64,000 nt of DNA from Poseidonia sp. (GTDB lineage Archaea > Thermoplasmatota > Poseidoniia > Poseidoniales > Poseidoniaceae), in contig JBMSEL010000004.1 in the NCBI GenBank assembly GCA_049412325.1, forward strand, positions 11,075 to 75,074, given 5' to 3'. The notes below the pieces were generated by a model, which was not told the DNA's origin, did not search any database, and saw nothing but the letters and a program-made list of their open reading frames with translations. Below, in pieces: positions 1 through 8,559 of this stretch (position 1 is the first letter of the stretch; the number at the start of each line of letters is the position of its first letter). The position numbers and the translations under genes are program-made.

Positions 1-1332
1 GTGGCCGGCGTGTTGGCCTCACAAGAAAACGCCTGGGGAAAGGTGAAGAAAAGCCTCCGTCGACCCCGTGGCCCCGTTCGCTTGCCTTCCGCTGCCCCTC
101 AACCAACTCCAGCAACCGTGGAATCTACGGTGGCTTCCTTTGTTGAGGACCATGAAGAAGGATGGTCGTTTGAAGATGAAACGGAGCTTCGAGAAGAGTT
201 GGCTACCATCGGTCACGATGCATCCCGATCAACGGTTGACGCCTTGGTTGAGCAGCAACTGCGCCAAGAAGAACCAGCGCCGTCAACGATTCCTCCCATG
301 GTTCAACATACAGGAGGTGGAGAGACCCACAGCCTTGAGACCGAGACAGCCCTCATGGAACTCCGTGAGCGTGCGGCCGAGGTCCAAGCTTTTGCTCGTG
401 ATTTCCTCATGGTCAGTTCAACCACCAACCAGGCCGACATGGAGGCGTTCATTCACTCGCTTCGAGGCCAGGGCTTTGCAACCGACATCCCTGCTGTTCA
501 TCAGGCGGTGGCGACGATGATCATGGAACTCGACTACCGTGTCCAAAACGAAAGCACCGCCTCGACGGCCATGCCACAATCGTGGACGGAACGGGAAGCC
601 CTCCGTCGATTTGAGGAAGTCCGAAGCACGTTGCGAGACCGCCTTGAGAACATCCTTGCGCTTCATGCCATGGACGTGGTAAAGGCGAGAATGGCATTTG
701 AACAAGAAGGAAGAGACCTCGACCTTGATCTCCGGGTCCCCAGCGTCTCTGGCCGCCTCCACGCCTTGTTTGACCTCCACATTGAAATCGCTGAATCACA
801 AGCACTCCACGACCCGGTGGTACAACGACGCCAGCGCATGATGCGCATTCTCCACCGAGGGGCCGTTCACATGACAACGACAGAACGGATGACCATTGAG
901 CGGCTCGAGCGAAACATCGCTTCGTTTGAGGAACTCGTTCAAACCATCCTCGAATCGGGTGAAGAAGGCTTTGATGATGCTCAACAAGCGCTGGTTATTC
1001 GCTTCCTTGAATCCAAGGGCTACGAGGTCAACACCAGCACCCTTCGTCCACGAATCCTCGCTTGTGCGGGCATTTTGGGGGCTGAATTGGGCTACCTTTC
1101 ACCCAGCGAGATTCCACGCATTGCCCCGGGCGTCTTGGTCACCGAGACCGAAGTGGACGCCATCGTGACCGAACTCAAGTCGCTGGCAGCGAGTTTCAAA
1201 CCCGCCTCAGACAATGTCCAAGAAGAAGAGGAAGCCGTTGCCGAATCCGTATCGGACGCCTCCGACAACATCGCAAGAGTTCGTGGCAAAATCGACCGCG
1301 TGGATGAGTTGCTGAACCGGCTCAACGGCTGA
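1..1332 (+). CDS. Hypothetical acidic protein, possibly 5'-truncated by the window edge
   Basis: ORF is open from base 1, and the GTG at 1 may not be the real start. Glu/Leu/Ala-rich, no family motif recognised. Convergent with the ATPase gene. Confidence 0.45.
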   Translation: MAGVLASQENAWGKVKKSLRRPRGPVRLPSAAPQPTPATVESTVASFVEDHEEGWSFEDETELREELATIGHDASRSTVDALVEQQLRQEEPAPSTIPPMVQHTGGGETHSLETETALMELRERAAEVQAFARDFLMVSSTTNQADMEAFIHSLRGQGFATDIPAVHQAVATMIMELDYRVQNESTASTAMPQSWTEREALRRFEEVRSTLRDRLENILALHAMDVVKARMAFEQEGRDLDLDLRVPSVSGRLHALFDLHIEIAESQALHDPVVQRRQRMMRILHRGAVHMTTTERMTIERLERNIASFEELVQTILESGEEGFDDAQQALVIRFLESKGYEVNTSTLRPRILACAGILGAELGYLSPSEIPRIAPGVLVTETEVDAIVTELKSLAASFKPASDNVQEEEEAVAESVSDASDNIARVRGKIDRVDELLNRLNG

Positions 1333-1347
1333 TTCGAGAGCAATTGA

Positions 1348-1386
1348 CTCCTCGCAAGCCTTGCCCAAGTTCAACAACGCGAGGAG
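1348..1386. terminator. Inverted repeat between convergent genes (CTCCTCGC ... GCGAGGAG, 8-bp arms, 23-nt loop)
   Basis: Perfect 8-bp arms at 1348-1355 and 1379-1386, in the only sizeable convergent spacer (60 bp) in the window. No adjacent T-run, so terminator function is uncertain. Confidence 0.25.
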
Positions 1387-1392
1387 CACGCT

Positions 1393-2634
1393 TCAGTGCT
1401 GCTGGGCGTAGAAGTTCTGAACCACCGAGGTGACGGTTTGAATGTCGGAAATGCCACGCTGGCACAAATCTTCGATGATGGCCTGCCGCTGCGCAACGTG
1501 CCGTTCAAAGACATCGGGGGTGACACCTGCTGCATTGCAAATGGTTTCACGCAACTTGGAAGGAATGCCCGTTTCTTCGATCTGGTCGGTCGCAGCGTTG
1601 TACTTCCAAATGGCATTCAGTCGCGGTTTGTCACCTTCCATGCCCGCCACTTCGGCAACCTCGGTGATTTTTCGAGCGGTCTTCCCGTTGACGTGAAGGC
1701 GGGCTTGGATGATGATCAAATCAAGTCCGCTGAGCATGATGGGAGGGACGTTCATGGGCGGGTTGATCATACGCGTCACCGTCTCTTGGGCCGTGTTGGC
1801 GTGAAGGGAACCAAACGAACCGTCGTGGCCCGTGTTCATGGCCGTGAGCAAGGTTGCACATTCCGGGCCACGCACTTCACCGACGATGATGCGATCAGGG
1901 CGCATACGCAGACTGGACTTGAGACAGTCGTTCATGTCAACCTCCGGTGTGCCGTCGGGCCGCTCACGACGAGTCTCCATGCGCAGCCAGTGGTCGTGAT
2001 AGACTTGCAATTCAGCCGTGTCTTCGACGGTGAGAAGGCGACGAGACCATGGAATGTACATGCCCAGGCAATTGAGCGTGGTGGTCTTACCCGAACCCGT
2101 ACCACCAGCGATAACAAAGTTGGCCGGCCGGCTATCAAGGCCCTCAATCCACACCCACATCATCGCAGCAAGGCGGGAATTCACGGTTCCAAAATTCACG
2201 AGATCGATCATCGTGAGCGGATCTTCCTTGAATTTACGGATGGTCAAGGTGGGCCCGTCGGGTGAAACAGGAGGAATGGTTCCGTTGACACGAGAGCCGT
2301 CAGGCAATCGACCGTCGAAGATGGGGACGAGGCCGGGGCCGTCTCCCAACGGTACATTCGTGAACGATGCGATGTTTTTGGCGATTTGAAGACCTGATTC
2401 ATCGTCGATCCAGATGTTGGTTCGGCACATGCCGTGGTTGCGGTGCGCCACTTTCACGCACTGGGTTCCCCCGTTGTACATCACCTCTTCAAGCGCATCG
2501 TCTTCAAACAGTGCTGCCAAATCACCGTAGGGATTTGGTTGAATGTCGCCATCAACATGGTAAATGGGCGAGGGGTGGTTGGCTTCGGTGTAAATTGTGA
2601 CGCGTCCGTATTGTTCAAGAATTTGTTCTGACAT
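1393..2634 (-). CDS. Type II/IV secretion-family ATPase (VirB11 / FlaI / TadA(CpaF)-like hexameric motor)
   Basis: Walker A 'AGGTGSGKTTTLN', Walker B-like 'DRIIVGEVRG' and 'LPDGSRVNGT...TIRKF' are typical of archaeal FlaI/PilB and bacterial CpaF. ATG at 2634 is preceded by GGAGGT with a 6-nt spacer. Confidence 0.85.
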   Translation of the reverse strand: MSEQILEQYGRVTIYTEANHPSPIYHVDGDIQPNPYGDLAALFEDDALEEVMYNGGTQCVKVAHRNHGMCRTNIWIDDESGLQIAKNIASFTNVPLGDGPGLVPIFDGRLPDGSRVNGTIPPVSPDGPTLTIRKFKEDPLTMIDLVNFGTVNSRLAAMMWVWIEGLDSRPANFVIAGGTGSGKTTTLNCLGMYIPWSRRLLTVEDTAELQVYHDHWLRMETRRERPDGTPEVDMNDCLKSSLRMRPDRIIVGEVRGPECATLLTAMNTGHDGSFGSLHANTAQETVTRMINPPMNVPPIMLSGLDLIIIQARLHVNGKTARKITEVAEVAGMEGDKPRLNAIWKYNAATDQIEETGIPSKLRETICNAAGVTPDVFERHVAQRQAIIEDLCQRGISDIQTVTSVVQNFYAQQH

Positions 2635-2637
2635 GGT

Positions 2638-3369
2638 TCAACCTCCAACGGCTTTGACGGCCCCCAAGTAGAGGCCCATGGAAATCACCATCCACATTGG
2701 CAGCCACCAAAGGGTGTCCTTGAGGCGGCCCATCATGCGACCGGAAACACCCACGGCGACGGCAGAAGCGGCGGCGAAAAACAAGCTGAATGTTTGATTG
2801 AAGGCTGTGATTTGGAATCCTTTGCTGGCGGGTGCAAACAAACCGACAATAAAGGCGATAAGAACAGGTAAGCCGACGCTTACAAAGATGATGATGAGCA
2901 TACCACGGCCCGAGAGTTCGGTTTCCCGCTGGTTCATCAAATCGTTCAAACGCTCGTAATCACGGCTGAGATCGGTGAGGATATCTCTGAGGGATGAATC
3001 CTGTTGAATCGCTGTTTCAATCAGCATCATGACACGCTGTACCTGCGTCGACCTGGTCTTGGCTGCGAAGGCCTGGAGACTGGCTTCAAACGACGAGGCG
3101 TGGGCTTCTTTGAGAGTCTCGGAAAGCAAGGTTGCCAGGAGGCTGTCGTTTGATTCAGACTGTTCCATCATGGCTTCTTGCAAGCCGCGACCAGCCCCGA
3201 CGGAATCGGAGAGCGCTTCAAGGAAGGCTGGCAATTGATTCTCGATGGAGCGGCGCCTGCGTCGCTCAAGCATGGGTGGAATTCCACCGCCGATGCAGGC
3301 GATGGAAATCACGCCCAAATACAGCAACAACGGCGAGTCGTTGAACGATTCAAGAATACCGAAAATCAC
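2638..3369 (-). CDS. TadC/FlaJ-like polytopic membrane platform protein (single T2SSF-type domain)
   Basis: N-terminal TM helix, a helical cytoplasmic domain of about 120 aa, then 2-3 C-terminal TM helices. GTG start at 3369 is preceded by GAGGTGAT. Sits 3 nt upstream of the ATPase gene. Confidence 0.6.
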   Translation of the reverse strand: MIFGILESFNDSPLLLYLGVISIACIGGGIPPMLERRRRRSIENQLPAFLEALSDSVGAGRGLQEAMMEQSESNDSLLATLLSETLKEAHASSFEASLQAFAAKTRSTQVQRVMMLIETAIQQDSSLRDILTDLSRDYERLNDLMNQRETELSGRGMLIIIFVSVGLPVLIAFIVGLFAPASKGFQITAFNQTFSLFFAAASAVAVGVSGRMMGRLKDTLWWLPMWMVISMGLYLGAVKAVGG

Positions 3370-3378
3370 TCCATCACC

Positions 3379-3960
3379 TCACAGCCCCGGGTCCTTGGTG
3401 TGGGCCTTGATTCCCACAGCGGCCATGGCCAGCAACGTCACCAGAAGGCCCATGTTGACGACGGCGTTGATGGTTGAAGAATCAGGCAGGGACATGAAGG
3501 CCCCCAAATCACCCGACATCAATTGTGGGACAAGGCCGACGATGGAGAGAATGATGGGACCGATCATACCAATGGAAAGCAGAGTCTCGGGAACACCGCC
3601 CAATTCCTCAATGTATTTCTCGACGTCCGCCGTTCGCTCTTCTTCGATACGAGCGCCCTGTTTTTTGAGCGTCTCAACCAAATCGGTGTTCTGCGTGACG
3701 TTGGTGTACAATGTGTTCAGCAATCGCTTATATCCTGCGGACTCCGCCTTTTTCATCAGTCCTTTGAGTTCCTTGTCGAGGCCACCGCCCGTACCTTTTC
3801 GCAATCGTTTCATCATGGACGAAAAGTCCTCTGAAATGATGCCATAACCACCCTTTCCAATGGTGTGAATGGCGGCTTCAAGACCGACACCAGATGACAT
3901 CAAGACATCCATGGTACGAATAACGTAAAGCAGTTCACGCTTTTCGTCAAGCTTCCGCAT
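3379..3960 (-). CDS. TadB/FlaJ-like membrane platform protein (single T2SSF-type domain, no N-terminal TM)
   Basis: Soluble helical domain followed by C-terminal TM helices ('LLSIGMIGPIILSIVGLVP', 'VVNMGLLVTLLAMAAVGI'). ATG at 3960 has a GAGGGGG SD. Nine nt from the next platform ORF. Confidence 0.55.
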   Translation of the reverse strand: MRKLDEKRELLYVIRTMDVLMSSGVGLEAAIHTIGKGGYGIISEDFSSMMKRLRKGTGGGLDKELKGLMKKAESAGYKRLLNTLYTNVTQNTDLVETLKKQGARIEEERTADVEKYIEELGGVPETLLSIGMIGPIILSIVGLVPQLMSGDLGAFMSLPDSSTINAVVNMGLLVTLLAMAAVGIKAHTKDPGL

Positions 3961-3973
3961 GCCTAGCGCCCCC

Positions 3974-4327
3974 TCAAATCACGTCTTCAAGCAGTTCAAA
4001 ATGGAACCCTTCATTGGCGCTATCGTATTCCATCACGGCAAAGATGACCTTGACATCCCGCTCCTCAAAGGGATCGTGAATGTAGGGTTGGCCGGTACGG
4101 AACATGGCCACGATTCGCTTGTACTCGTCGATGGTAAGTTCACCTCGCACCGTGTAAACCGTGGATTCAGAACCTTCGTCGTGAAGATCGTCGCCTTCCT
4201 GACCACGAACCACTGTTCGGGTCAATCGGCGAGTCATCCTGACTTTGATGTCAGCGTTAGCAATGCGTACCCAGTCAGAACTTGAGGTTCCGGTTGCGGG
4301 TCGAATAAAGAAATCCATTCCAGCCAT
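3974..4327 (-). CDS. Hypothetical small soluble protein (117 aa)
   Basis: ATG start. Its stop lies 13 nt before the TadB-like start. No signal or prepilin-like hydrophobic N-terminus, and no family recognised. Confidence 0.45.
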   Translation of the reverse strand: MAGMDFFIRPATGTSSSDWVRIANADIKVRMTRRLTRTVVRGQEGDDLHDEGSESTVYTVRGELTIDEYKRIVAMFRTGQPYIHDPFEERDVKVIFAVMEYDSANEGFHFELLEDVI

Positions 4328-4387
4328 GTTTGAGCCCTGTATCTTCCACAGTGCGAGAAGGACTTGAATGTGTTGGAGGCAGATGAA

Positions 4388-5308
4388 TCACTGGCTTGCA
4401 AGTCGGAACCACCCAAAGCGTGGTTCTTCCAGTGTCCCAGCGTCAAGCATGTCATCCAGTTTGGCTTCGGCCACCTCACGAACAAAGCCTCGTGCCACGG
4501 CATTCTTCAGCAACGTGTCGAAGGTTACGCCTTCACCCTGGTCCAGATGGCCAATGGCTTGCAACAAGAACGCCTGCACGTCCTGATCACCGCTCGACGG
4601 CGCCTCGCCTGTTTCTTCATCTGCATCGGGCAGCGACATCATCGGCGGCGGTGTGGTCGCTGCCTCAATTCGGCCTTCTGCGATGTCAAGTGCCTGCATG
4701 AGGTTGAGTTTGAAAGGTTCCAAATCAACCTCACCGTAATGATTGCGAGCTGCAAGAAGACTGGTTGGTAAACCAGTCCTTCCGTAAGCGTCCAACGTTG
4801 GTTCCACTTCAAGCGAAGAGGTGAATTGGTTCATTCGCATCATGGTCGCTTCACAAGCATCGAGCAGCCAGTTGGCATAGACTTCACGGCTCACCACACA
4901 GGCCTCTTCAGGACGCAATGAAGTGTAAACAGCCCCTTCGTCGGTTTGGTACCAACGCGTTTTCGACGTCATCATGACCAACAATGGTTCACCATCGTCC
5001 AACCGCTCTGTCCACTGGTGAGCAAGTTCCTGCATCATTTCAGAGTTGTACTCCCCAATGGAGAAGTAATGAAGTCCAGTAGGGTCTCGAAGTTGACCTT
5101 GATAGAGCGATGAGCCATTGCTGGTTTCTCGAAGTTCAAGTCGTTCAAGGAGCCCTGCTGCGACAATCCTGTTGACCTTGGCACCGAGTTTGGTGATGAC
5201 GAAGGATGGGTCGTACTCACCGGAGCCCTTCTCATGGAGCGTAGCGCTTCCGAATTCAGACGCCAACAGCAAATGGGCTGGCTGTCGAGCGATTCTCGCA
5301 CGCTCCAT
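4388..5308 (-). CDS. RPA-associated OB-fold protein (COG3390-like, 'rpap')
   Basis: N-terminal 'LLLASEF...FVITKLGAKVNRIVAAGLL...GQLRDPTGLHYFSIGEY' matches the OB-fold partner encoded downstream of euryarchaeal rpa genes. ATG at 5308 shares one base with the rpa stop (TGATG). The track's GTG at 5323 is the alternative start. Confidence 0.6.
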   Translation of the reverse strand: MERARIARQPAHLLLASEFGSATLHEKGSGEYDPSFVITKLGAKVNRIVAAGLLERLELRETSNGSSLYQGQLRDPTGLHYFSIGEYNSEMMQELAHQWTERLDDGEPLLVMMTSKTRWYQTDEGAVYTSLRPEEACVVSREVYANWLLDACEATMMRMNQFTSSLEVEPTLDAYGRTGLPTSLLAARNHYGEVDLEPFKLNLMQALDIAEGRIEAATTPPPMMSLPDADEETGEAPSSGDQDVQAFLLQAIGHLDQGEGVTFDTLLKNAVARGFVREVAEAKLDDMLDAGTLEEPRFGWFRLASQ

Positions 5309-6993
5309 CAGGCCCACCCCCACTGAGCTCGCAACTCGCTTGCACGCATTTGTGCATCGTGCGCTTCAACCTCAAAGCCATCAGCGAGGACCATGGCTCC
5401 TTGGTCGTCCACGATGCTTCGGCCTGAGACCGTGATCTTCCGCCCGAGCATTCGCTCCCGTATGTGCTGAACAAACCCGAGATCGCCGAGCTCCTCCACC
5501 TTGGCTCGCATCTCGTCCTGCGACATTCCAAGCGCTGCCAGCGAGGCGTCTTTGTTGACCAGCACGGCGGCCGTGGCGCCGTCATGATCCATCACGAGGC
5601 GAAGACGTACATCCTCGTTTCCTTCGTTGGCGCCGTGGTCAAAACACGCACCATCACGGAGCACACGACGGCACTCCGTGCATCGCTTGATGAATCCAGA
5701 ATCTTCTCGAACGCTGACCAGCATGCCGTTGGTCTTCATGCCCACGCGACTTGGTCCAGCAACCACATCGGTCAGACTCACTTCCACGGCGTGGTTGGTC
5801 AAATCCATTCCAGCATCCCAGGGCGGGGTTTCCAATACCGTCAACTGATCGGTGGTGTCCACCGTGATGTCAGGAATACCCTGCCATGCACGCACACGAG
5901 CCCCTTTGACCTCCACCGTTACCGGCAAATCCCCTTCCTCGAAGGGCAAGGCATCCCAGACGCTGATACGGCATCGGCCGGTAGGGTCAGCGATTTGCCC
6001 GGACCAGAGGAATTTCTCTTCGCCCTCGCGGTTGAACGTGCGCTTGGTCATCTCCGTGATTTGGACAACAGCATCAACGTCTCGGGAACCATCCCTCAAC
6101 GCAGCAATCGTGGTCAATGTGCTGGCCGCAAGTGTGTCCAAATCGGCAAAATTGGCGTCATGGAAAACCTCGATTCGGGTGGTTCGGCCGAAATTCAACT
6201 CTGGTGTGTCTCGGAAACTACGCACTTGGGCACCATCAATTTTCAACAGCGTACCCACTTCATGCTCAAAGGGTTCCCACGATAGGAAACCGATGGTTCC
6301 CGTATCGTCGGCCAGACGACCCCTCACCACATCGATGGAACCCGAGCCATCCTTTCGATGGATTTGGTCGGGACGACTGGCGAGGACTCGCCCTACAACG
6401 CAGATGTAACCCTCCTTGGGAATGTCATTGATATCGATAGGGTCGTTGGAGGGCACGGGTGTGGCGACGCCCTCCTTGAGGACAACAATCCGAGTGGACT
6501 GGTTGATGTTCAAGGACATTTTTCCATTGTATTCGTTAACACTGGCTCCCTCGATGCGGACAATGCTCCCGGCAGCGAGGTTCGCGTGAGGGCCCCAATC
6601 CTTGTAATCCCAACGAGTTCGTTGGCCGTTTTCTTCCCAAGGGTTATCTTCGAGCATCCCGAAAGCGATCTGCTTTTCTTCACCTCGAATCATCTGGTCT
6701 CGAATGTTGTGCGATACGATGGCTACCTCAATCTCCACATCCCGGTCCGTTCCTGTCAATTCGGAAAGGCCGGCGACCTTCTTGGTGGTTCGAGCTTGCT
6801 GACCGCCACCTGAGACGGGCGTCGGTGAGGTTCCACTCTGAAAGCGGCGAAGGACAGAGCGCATCGCGTCTTGAGGGGGGATGTAGAATTCCTCTTCGTA
6901 CTTGGCGAAGGCCTCTGCCACTTCTGTTGGGCTGGCATCCGGGCACTCTTTGAGGACGGCCTGGACATAGTCTGCATATTTCTCTTCAGCCAC
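5308..6993 (-). CDS. rpa: Replication protein A (multi-OB-fold ssDNA-binding protein with zinc finger)
   Basis: Several OB-fold-like repeats plus a C4-type motif 'CTECRRV...GACFDH'. GTG start at 6993 is preceded by GGGGTGAT with a 5-nt spacer. Confidence 0.85.
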   Translation of the reverse strand: MAEEKYADYVQAVLKECPDASPTEVAEAFAKYEEEFYIPPQDAMRSVLRRFQSGTSPTPVSGGGQQARTTKKVAGLSELTGTDRDVEIEVAIVSHNIRDQMIRGEEKQIAFGMLEDNPWEENGQRTRWDYKDWGPHANLAAGSIVRIEGASVNEYNGKMSLNINQSTRIVVLKEGVATPVPSNDPIDINDIPKEGYICVVGRVLASRPDQIHRKDGSGSIDVVRGRLADDTGTIGFLSWEPFEHEVGTLLKIDGAQVRSFRDTPELNFGRTTRIEVFHDANFADLDTLAASTLTTIAALRDGSRDVDAVVQITEMTKRTFNREGEEKFLWSGQIADPTGRCRISVWDALPFEEGDLPVTVEVKGARVRAWQGIPDITVDTTDQLTVLETPPWDAGMDLTNHAVEVSLTDVVAGPSRVGMKTNGMLVSVREDSGFIKRCTECRRVLRDGACFDHGANEGNEDVRLRLVMDHDGATAAVLVNKDASLAALGMSQDEMRAKVEELGDLGFVQHIRERMLGRKITVSGRSIVDDQGAMVLADGFEVEAHDAQMRASELRAQWGWA

Positions 6994-7154
6994 GTCGAAT
7001 CACCCCGACAGGCGTTGTTGTTCTTGGCCTGTACGGAGAACAGGCGGCGGGCTTTCGTGCGGGTTGGTTAAGATTGGACACTCCCTTGACCTCCATGGGA
7101 CACCTCACCAACGACGACAGGACATAAAGAATGCCGTGGCCATTGACGGCCAAC

Positions 7155-8558
7155 TCATGCGGGGTTCACACGCAATCCGTCCATCAATAAGACATCGGGC
7201 AAGTGCATGCTTCCCGATGAATACGAGCCCTGGCGACGAACCTCTGACCCGAGGTGGACGGCCCCGTTGAGCGCCTTGGCAAGATTGCCCGACAGACCCG
7301 CTTGTTTGAGTGAGCCAACGATCTCCCCGTTTTCGACCTTGAGGATGGAACTGGTCGTGACCGAAAAGTCCCCGCTGCTCGGGTTGGCGGTGTGGGCGCC
7401 CATCACGCTGTTGACCACGTAGCCATTGTCCATATGAGCCAGCAACGCCTCCATGGAACGGGCCGCTTCGGTGGAGGTAAGAAACAACTCAGTGCAACCT
7501 GTTGAGGGAGGGGCTTGATGACCACCAGAACTTGCCGAACCGGTTGAAGCGGCCGACTCAATTCGACCCTCTGCCACCTGTTGTGCAGCGTCTCGGGTGG
7601 ACCACAACATGTTGCATAGCCGCCCTTCCTCCACCAGAGCACGATGTTGACGGGGGACGCCTTCTGCATCTCTTGAGCCCGAGGACATACCACCCTCCAG
7701 CAATCCATCATCATGCAGCGAAAGAGCGGGATTCATGACCAGTTCTCCAAGGTGCTCTGACCAGAACGATTCTTTTCGGACCATTTTCTCCCCGGTCATG
7801 GCAGGAGGCACCACCATGGAAAACAACGGAGAGAACCCCTCACTGGTCATGAGCACCGGAGCATCAATAGCAGCGCTTTCAACTTGAAGTGGGTTTTGAG
7901 TTACTTGTGCCCAATGAACGGCTCGTTCAACACAATCGGGCACATCCTGGAGCCTTGAGCGACTCGAAGCACCTTGGTAGGAACTGGTTAATTCGCCGTC
8001 CACATCAAGGCTCACCTGAACGCCCAGGCCGTGGGAAGTCGTCATTCCTGTGGACAGCACCCCTTCACTGTTCATCATGCATCCTGCCGTAGCAGAAATG
8101 CCGATACCACCGCCGGTAACCACGGCTCGTTCATCGAGCGATTGAACCGCAGAGAGAATGGTGTCCGCCTGTTCCAAGAGGTCTTCGGGACTGAGGTCCA
8201 ACAACGAAGCATCCATTCGCCCTCCAACCTGCTGAGCAGGTTGCTCCGAAGGAAGCACGAAGCCCTCAATGGAAGGCGATTTTTTGGCGATGGCCACCGC
8301 TTGGTCAACTGCACGTTCGGCACCTGCTACATCAACGAGGTGAGCGAAACCGAAGCGACCACCATCGACCACGCGGACACCAAAACCACCTTCTCCTCCG
8401 CCGGCAGCCATCGTGATTTTTCCTGCCTCAATGTCGAGTTGCTGGCCGTAAGATTGGAAGCCGACCAAATCCCACTGCTGGACGCCGCTCGCTTTGCAGG
8501 CGTCGGCGAGGATGTTGGCGTTGGCCAGCAGGCGATCTTCGGCGCCGTCTGGAAGCAT
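7155..8558 (-). CDS. pmbA: PmbA/TldE-family metalloprotease subunit
   Basis: C-terminal 'SSGDFSVTTSSILKVENGEIVGSLKQAGLSGNL' is typical of PmbA/TldD-fold proteins. It lies immediately downstream of tldD. I chose the ATG at 8558, which leaves 1 nt (8559) between the tldD stop and the pmbA start codon. The track's longer ORF to 8696 would overlap tldD by 137 nt. Confidence 0.8.
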   Translation of the reverse strand: MLPDGAEDRLLANANILADACKASGVQQWDLVGFQSYGQQLDIEAGKITMAAGGGEGGFGVRVVDGGRFGFAHLVDVAGAERAVDQAVAIAKKSPSIEGFVLPSEQPAQQVGGRMDASLLDLSPEDLLEQADTILSAVQSLDERAVVTGGGIGISATAGCMMNSEGVLSTGMTTSHGLGVQVSLDVDGELTSSYQGASSRSRLQDVPDCVERAVHWAQVTQNPLQVESAAIDAPVLMTSEGFSPLFSMVVPPAMTGEKMVRKESFWSEHLGELVMNPALSLHDDGLLEGGMSSGSRDAEGVPRQHRALVEEGRLCNMLWSTRDAAQQVAEGRIESAASTGSASSGGHQAPPSTGCTELFLTSTEAARSMEALLAHMDNGYVVNSVMGAHTANPSSGDFSVTTSSILKVENGEIVGSLKQAGLSGNLAKALNGAVHLGSEVRRQGSYSSGSMHLPDVLLMDGLRVNPA

Positions 8559-8559
8559 T

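Noticed and set aside
7008-7045. ACAGGC / GCCTGT / ACAGGC triplet in the rpa upstream region, which could form alternative hairpins in a riboswitch- or attenuator-like arrangement.
   Set aside because: The stems are only 6 bp with no extension and no associated T-tract or leader ORF. This is too weak to call without conservation data.
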